A DNA stretch of 64,000 bases from Phallusia mammillata. Its lineage: Eukaryota. The position numbers and the translations under genes were made by a program. The stretch spans positions 21,328,001 to 21,392,000 of the forward strand of contig OZ281500.1 of the NCBI GenBank assembly GCA_965637545.1, read 5' to 3'. The notes below the pieces were generated by a model. That model saw nothing but the letters and a program-made list of their open reading frames with translations. It searched no databases and was not told the origin of the DNA. How positions within the stretch are numbered: the stretch's first letter is position 1; every line of letters starts with the position of its first letter. Shown here piece after piece: positions 36,496 through 47,400 of the stretch.

Positions 36496-37559
36496 AGAGG
36501 GTTGATGACGTGAATGCAGGCACTATTGCTGGGCGCTCGAGAGATTGGCTGGGAGTTTACGCAGAGCCACAGTGTTTGTGAGTAGTCGGAATTGCTATGC
36601 AAACCACTTGAGGGCCAGCTGCACAGACTGACAGCACGCGAATGGCTATTGTTTTGAATGTGGTTCCTTAACAGCTAAAGACGTCCTTTGGGCATTGTAC
36701 GTATATTAAACTTTGCACAGATATAATTTAACACAAGGAACCATATATTTCAATACAACACTAAAAGATATGTCTGCAACACAATTATTACTGACCGTAA
36801 AGTTTTCAAATCACGGCTTCTTCACTGAAGCACAAGAGACATGGCAGGAATTCCACATCAAGCCTCATTTCCAACCCTAAACAAAGTTCACATTTTCAAT
36901 ATTCGGGAGACATACTTTTCACGAGACAATAGGAATTAAATATATTCGGCCATCGTACCCCAGGGAAAGTCAATGAAAATACAAATTCCCCGTGCATATT
37001 TTTGCTCGTTGTCCTACAAAAGCAGCAGACAAACAGACGCGTGTAGTAATTTGCGTCAGTCTACTAATATTGAGACGATACTGAACAACGTTTCGTCCGC
37101 CAGGTTTCATATGTAGTGATGTTTTTGCCTCACTGATTACCTATTGGATGTCCTTTTCACTATTTGGTGACGTTTTCGTTCAAACTAATGTGTAAAACTT
37201 TACTAAATAGTAAAAAGGCCATCCAAAAATCGCTTAAACGAAAACATAAACAAACACTGAGGAGCCCATCTCAATATCACTCGGACAAAAACATTACTAC
37301 ATAGTAAAAAGGCCATCCAAAGTCTACTGTACAAGCCCCTACACTCGAAAATAGCTCGCGAGTCGCCCCTACAGCACCTGCTGGACAACGGAAGTAAGAA
37401 GGCAGCAACAAGAGGGTTGATGACGTGAATGCAGGCACTATTGCTGGGAGCTTGAGAGATCGGTTGGGAGTTTACGCAGAGCCACAGTGTTTGCGAGTGG
37501 TCGGAATTGCTATGCAAACCACTTGAGGGCCAGCTGCACAGACTGACAGCACGCGAATG
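36496..37559. repeat. 149-bp direct repeat pair (36496-36644 and 37411-37559), 6 mismatches
   Basis: Aligned by eye: agagggttgatgacgtgaatgcagg...gactgacagcacgcgaatg. Confidence 0.92.
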
Positions 37560-38786
37560 CCTAACACCGGTCGAACACTTCACTCAACGCCCGCTTTTGT
37601 GGTGTTTTGCAAGCGTGTTTCCTGCTGCGTTAAGTTGTGGATTCAACCAACATAGCGATTTATGTTGTTGTGAAATTTAGGACATTTGTGACTCTTATAG
37701 CATCTTTGCAACCAACGAACAGGACCAAGACAACAACAAAATTATTGCAACCATAACTTAGGTCCAAAAAATAGTGATTGGAATTTGAGTTATCTTTCGA
37801 GGATTGTGTTTTAGTTTTTGGACAGTCACTGTCTGGTGTTCAACTCAATAAATGTTGTTAGAAGTCAAAATGGAAGTGGAAAAGTAAAACCATTATTGAT
37901 AAATCGGGAAAGGCCTATGCCTCTCAATATAAAATGGCCATAGATTAATACCGTGTTCGTAAAAGAAATGTGAAACCAAATGCACCGGGCATTGGGCAAG
38001 AAAACCTTGCTATTTTATTTCTCTTTAATTTTGAAAAAAATGTGTTATATACTGTGAAAAAAGTACTTTGGGTTATTTGTAGCCATTTTAGTCAAAATAT
38101 GAAATATGATTTCCTTACGTGACTTACAATAGTCATTCGCAAATTAAAGATATCTACTTTAACATTGATCAAACATATCAAGAACAACATATCTTTAACA
38201 TGAAACGATCCTGTTTTCCATGTTAGCAATTGAAAAATAAGCGACTGCCGTCAGTACGCAAAAGCGTCTGAAAACTCAGTCCACAATCCGGCCAAACGGA
38301 AACGACTGAAGACCAGTCGGCATCTCACATTAAATCGCAGCACATAGCTTCTGTCGCCTCGGGCCCAATGCGGTTACCTGTATCTAATCGCATGAACTTT
38401 TGCATAACTGCAGGACCGAAATCCATTGCACCACACACATACTTTATATTTTATGACTCTAGTCGTTGTGAAAATAAAACGCAAGGTCAATGTTAAAGCA
38501 GTTCAAATTGTCTCTTCAGTTTTTGTATTTGTTTAAGCTTCAAATCTGCTAACTACAATTGCTTTTTTTGGTGTTTAAACGCTAAATGCTTCTTGCGCTG
38601 CTAAGTACATTTGGTACAAAGTGGTATCAGCTTATAAGGGCACCTATTTTGCTCACTCTTGTTTGTTTAATCGATACAGCCTCTCTATTGGATCATATTC
38701 AGACGATAGGCGCTGATCTTTTAATTTATTATTTTCTGTATAACAACTCCCAATGTTTTTCAGAGATTTTTTAAAGTTTATAGCTG

Positions 38787-38792
38787 TTTATT
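38787..38792 (-). terminator. Candidate Sprouty polyadenylation signal AATAAA (second candidate at 38725-38730)
   Basis: Plus-strand tttatt hexamers ~1.15-1.2 kb downstream of the stop codon, downstream of the ARE nonamers. Confidence 0.4.
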
Positions 38793-39101
38793 TCTTTCCT
38801 TGTTGAAGTATTTTGTTTTGGTTCCTATATTGTTACTGTAGTAAAATTGCTGAACTGTTTCTGCATATAAATCAACACATACTTTGCATAAGGTTTTTTC
38901 GTTTGTGTATTGGTTTCGTTTTTAAACCAACGCCAGAACATGGGCATAATAATTTGTTACGAAAAGTACAACAGGGAGAATAGGCGGACTCACCATGAAA
39001 CGAACGAACGAACTGTTGAACAAAAGGAGAGAGAGGGGAAAAGAAACAAATCAAAAAAAACGAACGAACGCGCAAAGGAAATTTCGTTACCATGGAGATC
39101 A

Positions 39102-39349
39102 AATAAATAATCGGCATTTTACGCGCGTTGGTAAAAAATGCGAAACTTATTTTGTTTTGGGGATAAAATTTGGCTCCCGGTTAAAAACAAATTGAAACTT
39201 GTTTCCGGATGAGAGAAACGAAACTGTCCGGAAATAAAAAACATTAAAATTTTCGTTTGGTTTAAAACTTGTCTTTTACTTTGGAAGGGTGCCCTTTAGC
39301 AATGCATAGAGCAATAAATATAACCAACGACGCAAAGAGAAATAAATAA
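39102..39349 (-). promoter_or_regulatory. Two AU-rich element nonamers (UUAUUUAUU) in the putative Sprouty 3'UTR
   Basis: Plus-strand aataaataa at 39102-39110 and 39341-39349. Confidence 0.5.
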
Positions 39350-39951
39350 AAGCGTACAAGATAACTTGGGGGCCCGTTGCCAAGGTAACTGGTTTCCGGG
39401 GGGGCTCTGAAAGGCTTCCGGAATTACAACGAGAAACAAATATCAATGGGCAGTTGTCTTTGAATGTGGCAGGCGCATTACACACGACGCTAAGTGGTAC
39501 AAGAAGAAGTAGTTAGTTTAGTGACCTTTGCAGGGAAGGTCACCATGTCAAGGGGGAGGGGGTCTCACAAAACATATCCCAGGGCAAGTTCGTCGCTTCG
39601 GCCCCTCAGTGCGGCTGTGTGGCCGGCCCTATTTTCGCCGTAGCGGGACAACCAAGCAATACGAGGTAAAATGTAGAAAAAAGTGGGGAAATGCAATAAC
39701 GAAACAACGAAAAGGTTTTTTAAATTACATGGAGGTATAGCGGTGGGAGTAATTTCGAGTACAGCGGACACGGCTTGCTCGAACCTCGGGGTTGAGAGCG
39801 CACGCACTCCTGGTCTGGAACTGGAAGTTTTGTTGTCCTATTTTTAAGGAATAATCTCGGCGTTTCTCGGGAGTCGGCAGCGCTCGGCGGATTTATCGAC
39901 GCGATCTCATTGGCGCCGTCGCATTGTGACGTCATGGCGCGGCGCCACGCG

Positions 39952-41319
39952 TCATCTGTAGGACTCCTTGCAGCGGCAGCCGGGACGCACACAGTCGGCA
40001 CAGGACTTACAAGCCCGCATGCAACCCCGTGCTACCGGATAGCACAGAAGGCAGGGCAGGAATACCGACAATGCACCAAGAGCCGACCATCGCAAGCAGC
40101 AGTGAGGACCGCGACATGAACAAGGCTCGTCCGTGCAAGCATCGTCGTCTTCATAGTTCGAGCAGTGGTAGAAACAGGCACGCACGCAGCATAGGCAAGT
40201 TGCTGTCTCCACGCACGCCTTCGTGTCGCACAAGCACCGATGGTTGCACATCCAACAGTGGCTTGCCGCGAGTCGTGCAGCTTCGGTGGTGCCTGGGATA
40301 TCGCCTTGACAACGGGGACACGTGCATTTCCCGCACCTCGGGCACGGGTAGTTGTGGTCGCCGGGTTTCGGTGCACTTCGTCCGTCCAAACCGCCTGGTC
40401 CCATCAGCTGATGATCTTCGTCTCCTGTTATAATGGCCTGGTCGCGATCGGGGTTCTTCTTCAACGACGAATTGTTTGTTGACTTCGAACGATCCTTGCG
40501 CTCATCGGATTTCGTCAACTTCTCGTCTTTGGTTTCCACCACCAGGCGTCGCTTTTCAACGTCGCCCGTGGGTTGCGACGCCACCACTGCTGGGACGTTA
40601 GGACTTCGTACTCTTGACGCGGGTTGGGATGTCCTTACCGAGATCACTGCGTCCGTGTGTCGGTTGCAAGTTCCTACTCCAAGGCGTTCCGCAACCTCCG
40701 GACCAGGAGGAGGCGGTCTGGGAGGAGGAGCACCGGAGGATGAGAGCGGAGTTGAAGCAACGGAACCACATACGTGACTTGGCACTGGAGGAGCGGGTCG
40801 TGTGGATAAATCTACACTCCCGGATGTTCTTCTGGGAGGTAAGTGACCCACTGTGGAGGGGTAAGGTCGCGGTGGGATTACCGGATGCGGTCGAATGTTG
40901 CTGTTCGAAACCATTGTCTCGTGAATGCAAGGGACTTCTCTTGTGGCGAGGTATGAAGGCAGTGACGCGGTGGCTGAAGGAGGATTTACTCGTGATGCAG
41001 AACCGGGAACTCTTCGCGTTCGAGTCCCTTCCCCTCTTGATCGTTGCCGACGAGTTCTCTCGCCAGCCAAATGTCTATGATGCCGCGTATGGCTGTTCAA
41101 GGGCGTCGCTTCGGTGACCCCAGTTGGCGCCGACGCAGGCCTGTTCGGCTGCTGCGCGTTTGAAGGATGATCGCTGTAATCATTTTCCACAGCGCGACTG
41201 CGGGAAACAGGGTTCGTTAAAAGGTTCAAGGTATCTCCTGTAGCAGGGTTGGCAGTTGGCGAGTTGTCGGTTCCACCACCTGTCCTGGCTGCTGCGGATA
41301 ATGTTCGAGGTCGGTACAT
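39952..41319 (-). CDS. Spry: Sprouty family RTK/FGF-ERK feedback inhibitor, intronless CDS, 455 aa
   Basis: N-terminal AVENDYSDHP matches the conserved Sprouty Cbl-TKB tyrosine motif (vertebrate Spry4 VENDYIDNP, Spry2 NEYTEGP). The C-terminal Cys-rich SPR domain reads CPRCGKCTC...CLCCVRACFYHCS...PCSC...CCLRWSALGALSVFLPCLLCYP.ARGC...RPGCRCK. ATG at 41319, TGA at 39952. Confidence 0.97.
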   Translation of the reverse strand: MYRPRTLSAAARTGGGTDNSPTANPATGDTLNLLTNPVSRSRAVENDYSDHPSNAQQPNRPASAPTGVTEATPLNSHTRHHRHLAGERTRRQRSRGEGTRTRRVPGSASRVNPPSATASLPSYLATREVPCIHETMVSNSNIRPHPVIPPRPYPSTVGHLPPRRTSGSVDLSTRPAPPVPSHVCGSVASTPLSSSGAPPPRPPPPGPEVAERLGVGTCNRHTDAVISVRTSQPASRVRSPNVPAVVASQPTGDVEKRRLVVETKDEKLTKSDERKDRSKSTNNSSLKKNPDRDQAIITGDEDHQLMGPGGLDGRSAPKPGDHNYPCPRCGKCTCPRCQGDIPGTTEAARLAASHCWMCNHRCLCDTKACVETATCLCCVRACFYHCSNYEDDDACTDEPCSCRGPHCCLRWSALGALSVFLPCLLCYPVARGCMRACKSCADCVRPGCRCKESYR

Positions 41320-41346
41320 TGCTAATGCTGGTAATCGCTTGTTGTC

Positions 41347-41364
41347 TTATTCCTCTGGTATCAT
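41347..41364 (-). other. uORF MIPEE* in the Sprouty 5'UTR
   Basis: ATG ATA CCA GAG GAA TAA, in frame with the main ATG and starting 45 nt upstream of it. Confidence 0.6.
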
Positions 41365-41534
41365 TGTACAGAAAAGGGTTTGGTAGTGAGTTCGGTCGCT
41401 CGTTTGATACTCCGTAAATCCGTGAAGCAAGAGGTGCTAATCGTAAAGTAGCACGTTGATACAGTTTAATCACAATCGCAATCCAACAGACGGACTAACG
41501 ACAGCTTATGCTTTTAGTGTTAAGGAATTTCGAC

Positions 41535-41553
41535 CTGAAATGCAGACGAAAAG
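41535..41553 (-). other. Splice acceptor upstream of the Sprouty ATG (5'UTR intron or trans-splice acceptor)
   Basis: cttttcgtctgcatttcAG|GTC, with the AG at 41535-41536, 215 nt upstream of the ATG. This fits the Sprouty architecture of a non-coding 5' exon plus one coding exon. Confidence 0.6.
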
Positions 41554-44500
41554 TCGGTTAGACAAAAGTTTCGACGGTGACGCCGTGTTACAAGTTTCAA
41601 GTGGTCGGAAAGGGGTTAGACAATCCCTCACGACTGCTTTCAAACAATACATAATAGTCACAAAACTGTCCAGACGCATCTACTTCAAAAATCGGGCCGC
41701 AGGGCTTGTGTGGAATCGAAAAGTAGGTCGACATGTTGCACATCAGTTTGCCTCCTATCTGACCCTGTGTAATTCGCGGTGTTGGTGGCTTATCCACTAA
41801 ACTTCTGGTGTAGGCAAAAGCGGCCAAGTCGCCTTGTGTCGTACAAGGCTGTTTGGCGCCTCGGCTTGCGTACAAATGCAGCTACAGATTTGAAGCGTGT
41901 TTTACAAGGCCACCAGGAGGCGGACGATCACGCAAACAAACACCAAAAACTTAAGTGCGTCGGACGTCAAACGCGGACGTGGCGCACACCCACTAAGCGC
42001 GTGCACGCACAGCCACGCCACAGCTAGCGCCGCGTCCAGATTCCGCGGATTACTGTTAAAACCTCCCGGGGACGCACTGTATTTACGAACCGCTGACTGT
42101 CCAACTGGCAATGCTCAAAACTTTAAGCCTGCTAGTTGCGTCAACGGCTTACCGGTACGTACACGCTGCATGGATATTACCGTAAATACCTCTTTCACGA
42201 TTTCCGACTGCTTCAAACTTGACTTGATAACTTAGCTGTACACTCACTGTGCTGCTATTACGCTAACACATACATTGCATCACAATTTCAAGTCTAAAGA
42301 GCGATCGCGTGCAACCCTATACCTCGCGGGGGATGCAAGCGCCGCGATAACAGAGCCGCCGAACGCAGCACAAGATAAAATCGCCCGGTTTAAAATCGCA
42401 CGGGACCGCAGTCCGGAAATTAACAGGCGGATTATGCGATTGCCTTGGGCCCGTCGTCGCTGCAATCTCAAACCGGGTGTTTTGAAAAACGACAAGAAGA
42501 ACACGCGGAGCCTGCTGTATTGAAATAGCGCGCATTCCTGTTCTGTTGCTACACAAACTTCTACACTTCCGCGCTGTACCTCTCGCTGTGGTCAGTTCCC
42601 GGTAGCACGCTTGTTTAAAACCTGACGTTGCCAATAGCGCGGTAATCGCTTTAGCGCAACAGTCCTCGCAAAATGTCAAGACTTAAATGCGCGCCGGACG
42701 GATAGACGAAATGACATGCCGGTGACAAGTGGGTCAGTAACGCTCCGAAAAAGGGACCGGCAACTGCGTTGATAACGGGAGGCGCTACGACGGTCGGGCG
42801 CGTCGCAAGAGGGATGTTTAATCAGGGTTTTCGACAGTAAAACGCAAGGCGAGCGGTAACAATAGAGCATGGCTTGTTTACTCGCAAGCTTCCGCTGTGC
42901 CGGGTGCTCTTGACACCTGCGACTGTCTTCAAGCGTCGTGGCTTCCACAAAGCACGACCCACATTACTGGTGCCTTTGATCGTATCGATATTCGAGTTTT
43001 GACACTTTGCAATGGCGCAAGTTAAAGGAGTCGCACGGACATATTATAACAGCGCTTACAATATAAATACCGTCAAGTAAAACGTCACCAATTTGGGCGG
43101 TTTAAGACTAGAGGAGTTTGGAGGCATCGGACCAAAAACAAGGGATTTCCTTTCGGCCGGGCTTTGCCAGTAAATACAACTACACCGTCGTCGCCAATTG
43201 TTCCCACGAATTAGTGCCGCCCGAGTACAATCTCGTTTCCCGATCGAAAAATCTAGGGATACCGCGGCTACACAAAAAAGCGGCGTTTAGAACTGAGTGC
43301 GGTAATCCAGCGGAACCGACGCGTCCCCGGCAATTGCAACTTCTAAATGTGGCAATCAGATCTTCGCACGACGACGAAACGAATGTCAGCGCAGAACGAC
43401 GGCTGACCACAAAATGACATAGGTTTAGTGGCCGCATCCAGTCACTGCCTGGGTCGGTTTTACATAGGCGGTCATTACCTCAGCAACTAACAAGGCTCAT
43501 GCGACAAAGTGCCAGCATTTGCGGTTCACAAGCCGGCCTCTGAGGCTGTCGCAGCATCGGACATTAGCTAAATACTTCCTCTTGGCCTTCAGTCACCAAA
43601 AAGTTAAAGCCTGAAAAACGCGTCGCTGCGGGGCCGCACTTAATTTTTGCCAAACACTAAACGTTGTAGCGTTGCCAAGTCGTGTTTCTACGCTACGGTG
43701 ACCAAGCCTTCCTCTTAAGTACGCAACCACTTACGCCGTTTCGGAAGTAGCGGTCGCCACTGAGATTTTCACAAGAACACTCAACTACGTTTTACCGCAC
43801 TGAACAATTCCTTGAAACTGTACATTCAATAACAGTGCCTTGGTATTCCATCTAAAAAGCACCGGCATTTCTGCGCAACATAAGTCCTTTAAATGCTTCT
43901 TGGTATCTGATAGTAGTCCATAATATTAACTAAGGCTTTGAATGACAAGTGCTCACTGCTAAACATGTCTGTTATGAATGCGTTTGACACAAGACATCAG
44001 ACTATATATATGTCCACAATGAAAAGGGTGCTCAAATTTCGGGCGCGTGAGGAAAAAATGCTGCGCCTAAATAGCACTTTCCAACCGGAGGTAAATGTCC
44101 ACACCCTATGACAAGCCCAACAATTGCTTCACTCTCTCGTTTCTGAAATTCTGAAAAAAATGCCAGCACATTAAGACTACACATCAAAATCAACACGAAA
44201 AGGCTTCCCAAAGACATCTTGCCCGCTAAACATAACCCTATGTATCTAAAAGCAACCTAATTTCGCTCTTTTTTGTATCACAAACATTACAATTTCGCTT
44301 CTAGCTGTACCACATGTGCTAGTGATTGCATCAATTCAGACGCATTGTGGCGAAATTTTGCATTGTTTTGTTCACACAAAGGGCATAGTGACGTAAAAAT
44401 GGGCACTAAGATACCATGAACGACGTCCGGTTTTGAACCAATCACTTCAATTCTGACTAAATTTTCAACGATTGCACCCTAAAAAAACCCAATAGGAAAC

Positions 44501-47169
44501 ACAGTTTATTAATAGCCTGATATATGTGGCAAAAATGCGACTTGCCAGACGGCGTTGCTTTTTGTTGAAAATGACTAGAGGCGACAAAGTATCCATTGAA
44601 GTGCGCAAAAGCGAAGTCTTGCCAATTTTTTCTACACGACTGGTTACGAAACAAGGTTGCTTTACGCCTGGTTGCAAGCCGTATCTTAGAACCTTGGGGG
44701 TCGTGCTCAAGCTGCGCGGTTCGCTTGTGGCGTTATATTAAATTTTCCGATCTATATACAAAAGATGGCCGGGGCCACGGTGCAACGGGTTTGAACGGTT
44801 GCTTAGAAAAGAAGGGGGCTCAAAGAATTATAATCAGAAGGCGGATCTGACACCTTGTTGTCATGCCAATAAACCGGATTTGCCGCCAGTGCGCTGTAAA
44901 AATCTAATAACTATAAATGGCGAAGGACTGTGAATTGATAAAATCAGTATTCTAGTTTATTAAAACACCTTTATTCGACTTGTGGAAAAAATTGAACTTT
45001 AACATTAGCTATATTTAATGGAGCAGCATTATTCTGATCGAAACTAAACTTTAACATTGGTTGGCTGACTGTATTGGACAATTATTTGCAAGCCATCGCG
45101 CAAAGTGCTATGTTTTATGTTACCAGTAATGCAACTCGGCCCAGCGGCACAGAGCGATCGCGAAATGGGCGCTGGCGGTATAAAGTTACCGGATATGAGA
45201 GAATCACTCGATCCGGACCTCTATGATCCTCGGCCCGCCTCTGCGAGAGATGCCAAGGCCTTGTGACGTCAAAAGAGGAAATTTGAGGCCGTGCTTCGGC
45301 CGCAAACAGCCGTAACTGAGAATCTAGCCAGAGGCCCCGAAAAATGCAATTACAAATTCACCTAAAACTGCGCTGTGCTTTTCCGTTCATCCGCCACAAA
45401 CAAACAGACATTAATCACTTGTTTCACTTGGCGTCTTTCGCCCAAAAATGGATATTAAAACGCTGTGGAAGCATGCGCGTTTCACAAATCAGTAGCTCTT
45501 TTTACCTTACACGAGTTATGTAACATATGCGCTCCTGTCAACGCTTTTGAGACAGTATCTTACATGCGCAAAAATTTTAGATCATCTGACATTTCAACCA
45601 CATAAAAAGATGTTTGTCAATTTCGCGCGATTCTCAACCTGCTGGACAACATACAACAAGTTTTCGGGGTTAATGGAAAGTCAAACTAGAAAACGGGCCT
45701 CTACCACCGCGCTTTGTTTCCGCTATCCACGTAGTTAAGACCTCTCACTTCCTCGCTAACAATGCCGTTTGTGACGCGGTAATTACGCGCAAATGGTCCG
45801 CGATCGTAAAACTGTTTGTCCCCGCTGTTGTACAGAAGTTGCGACTGTTCTAGGAGCTCTAGCCTTACAGCCACTTCCACATATGCTAAGTTTTACAATA
45901 TAATCTAAACTGCTTAAATGCTGTCTGCAAATTCTAACTTTCTGGTCCTAAAAAGTGCTATTAATTCTTGCTGCATATAATCTGTCCTTAATCCGGTTCA
46001 GTTGGCACTGATTGCCAACAGATGTGATTTGAAACAAAGAAATCGTCCATTTGAAATGTTGGTGTTGGTTAAGTCCGTGTGATATAACTTTGGTAGTTTG
46101 GTCGAAATTTGATAAAGTCCAAAAACAAGAAATACTCGAACTCCCGAGAAGTACACTTTAAAAAAATTATCCAGTATTACAATATTTCCTACACTGCCTT
46201 AAATATCCTGTAAAACATATAAAGTCAGTTTAGTTTTATGCCAGTAAAAACAGTTACACATAAAATGCAAAAACATCAGCGCCGCGAGTAACAACTCCGC
46301 CGCCAAAGTAGTAGCAAAGCGCCGTAGAATCCATTGCCGAGCTCGATGTCAACCCGCCGCTGAGGTAGGCATTTCATGACGAGGCTTCACAACCACATTG
46401 CAATGCGCTTCTCAACCACCGTTGGTAAGAACTGAACGAATCTCGCCGGGGGGAAGCGCGCCGCGATTTGGCCGTTTCCTTTTTCGATCAAGCGCTTTTT
46501 TCAATCGTCGGCTCGGGCCCATCGCCGCGTCGACAAGAATGCGCGGCCGCGAGGCGCAAGGAGCAAAGAAGAAACAAACAAAGAGGGAGCGGCGGCGATA
46601 AGCCAACGGAAGAAGAGCGGAAGAAAAACGGATAAACAACATGCGTGAGGTGAAGGCCTAGGAAACAGAACGACCCGAGCCGAAATGGTCCGTTTAACTG
46701 CTTCCTAAAAGCTCGCACAAGATGCGGTCCGTAGCTCACCGCGGCATAACGCATATCAGCAGCTATTCCCTCTAGGGCGCGTTCGCTATTATTGTTATTA
46801 GTGGCGGAGGCTCAACGTCGGGCCCTTAGCCTCCCCTTAAAACTTCCGGAATAGCGAAAAATCCCAACCGCGAAAGCACTAACGCCGCGATCATTGGATT
46901 TTATCGCCTATTGGCCCCTTTTTTCCCTTTTGCAAAAGAAAAATGCACAACAAATTGTATTGTAGTCATTTAAACTGCGCAAATAATTACATTTTGTCAG
47001 ACAAAATGTGCAAATCTTGGGTAAAAAAAAACTTGTTTTTTTTAAGAAGAACAAACAGTATTGTTTGATGAAGATTAATCGGAAAAGGCCAAAGGCAATT
47101 TGATCAAAAATATGGAACACGCGCTCGGAATTTTAGCGGAAATCTCGGATCTAAATCGATTTCCGAAAG

Positions 47170-47400
47170 CGATGGAGAGATAAGCGTGCTAAGGCCCAAA
47201 GCGCGCGCGTTGGCGTTCTTCTTTTGAGGCGTGTGTGTGTGTGAGGGGGGGGGGGTCGAAGATAAGCACAGGGAAAATAAACAAGGGACAAGCGCCGCGC
47301 TTTCGTCGGAGCAGCGCAGAGAGAAAAAACGGAGATACAAAGTTCATCAGGCTTGGCTTATCGCCGGACGTTCAACTTCCGAATGAGCGGAAGAAAAATG
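47170..47400. promoter_or_regulatory. Candidate Sprouty cis-element with a GATA/ETS/Fox cluster
   Basis: GATAAG 47179 and 47261; CTTATC 47357; CTTCCG 47376; CGGAAG 47388; AAATAAACA 47275. GC/CpG-rich. Confidence 0.4.

Noticed and set aside
12324-38787. Operon-like linkage of Sprouty and the FN3 gene (co-oriented, acceptor near the ATG)
   Set aside because: About 26 kb separates the Sprouty polyA candidates from the FN3 acceptor. Known chordate operons have near-zero intercistronic distance.
40614-41117. 167-aa plus-strand ORF and other ORFs overlapping Sprouty
   Set aside because: Antisense or alternative-frame shadows of a GC-rich coding region, with no recognisable domain.
34651-45256. 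Shared 16-mer CTGCGAGAGATGCCAA (minus strand at ~34653-34668, plus strand at 45241-45256)
   Set aside because: About one or two 16-mer matches are expected by chance in a two-strand self-comparison of this size, and there is no flanking similarity.
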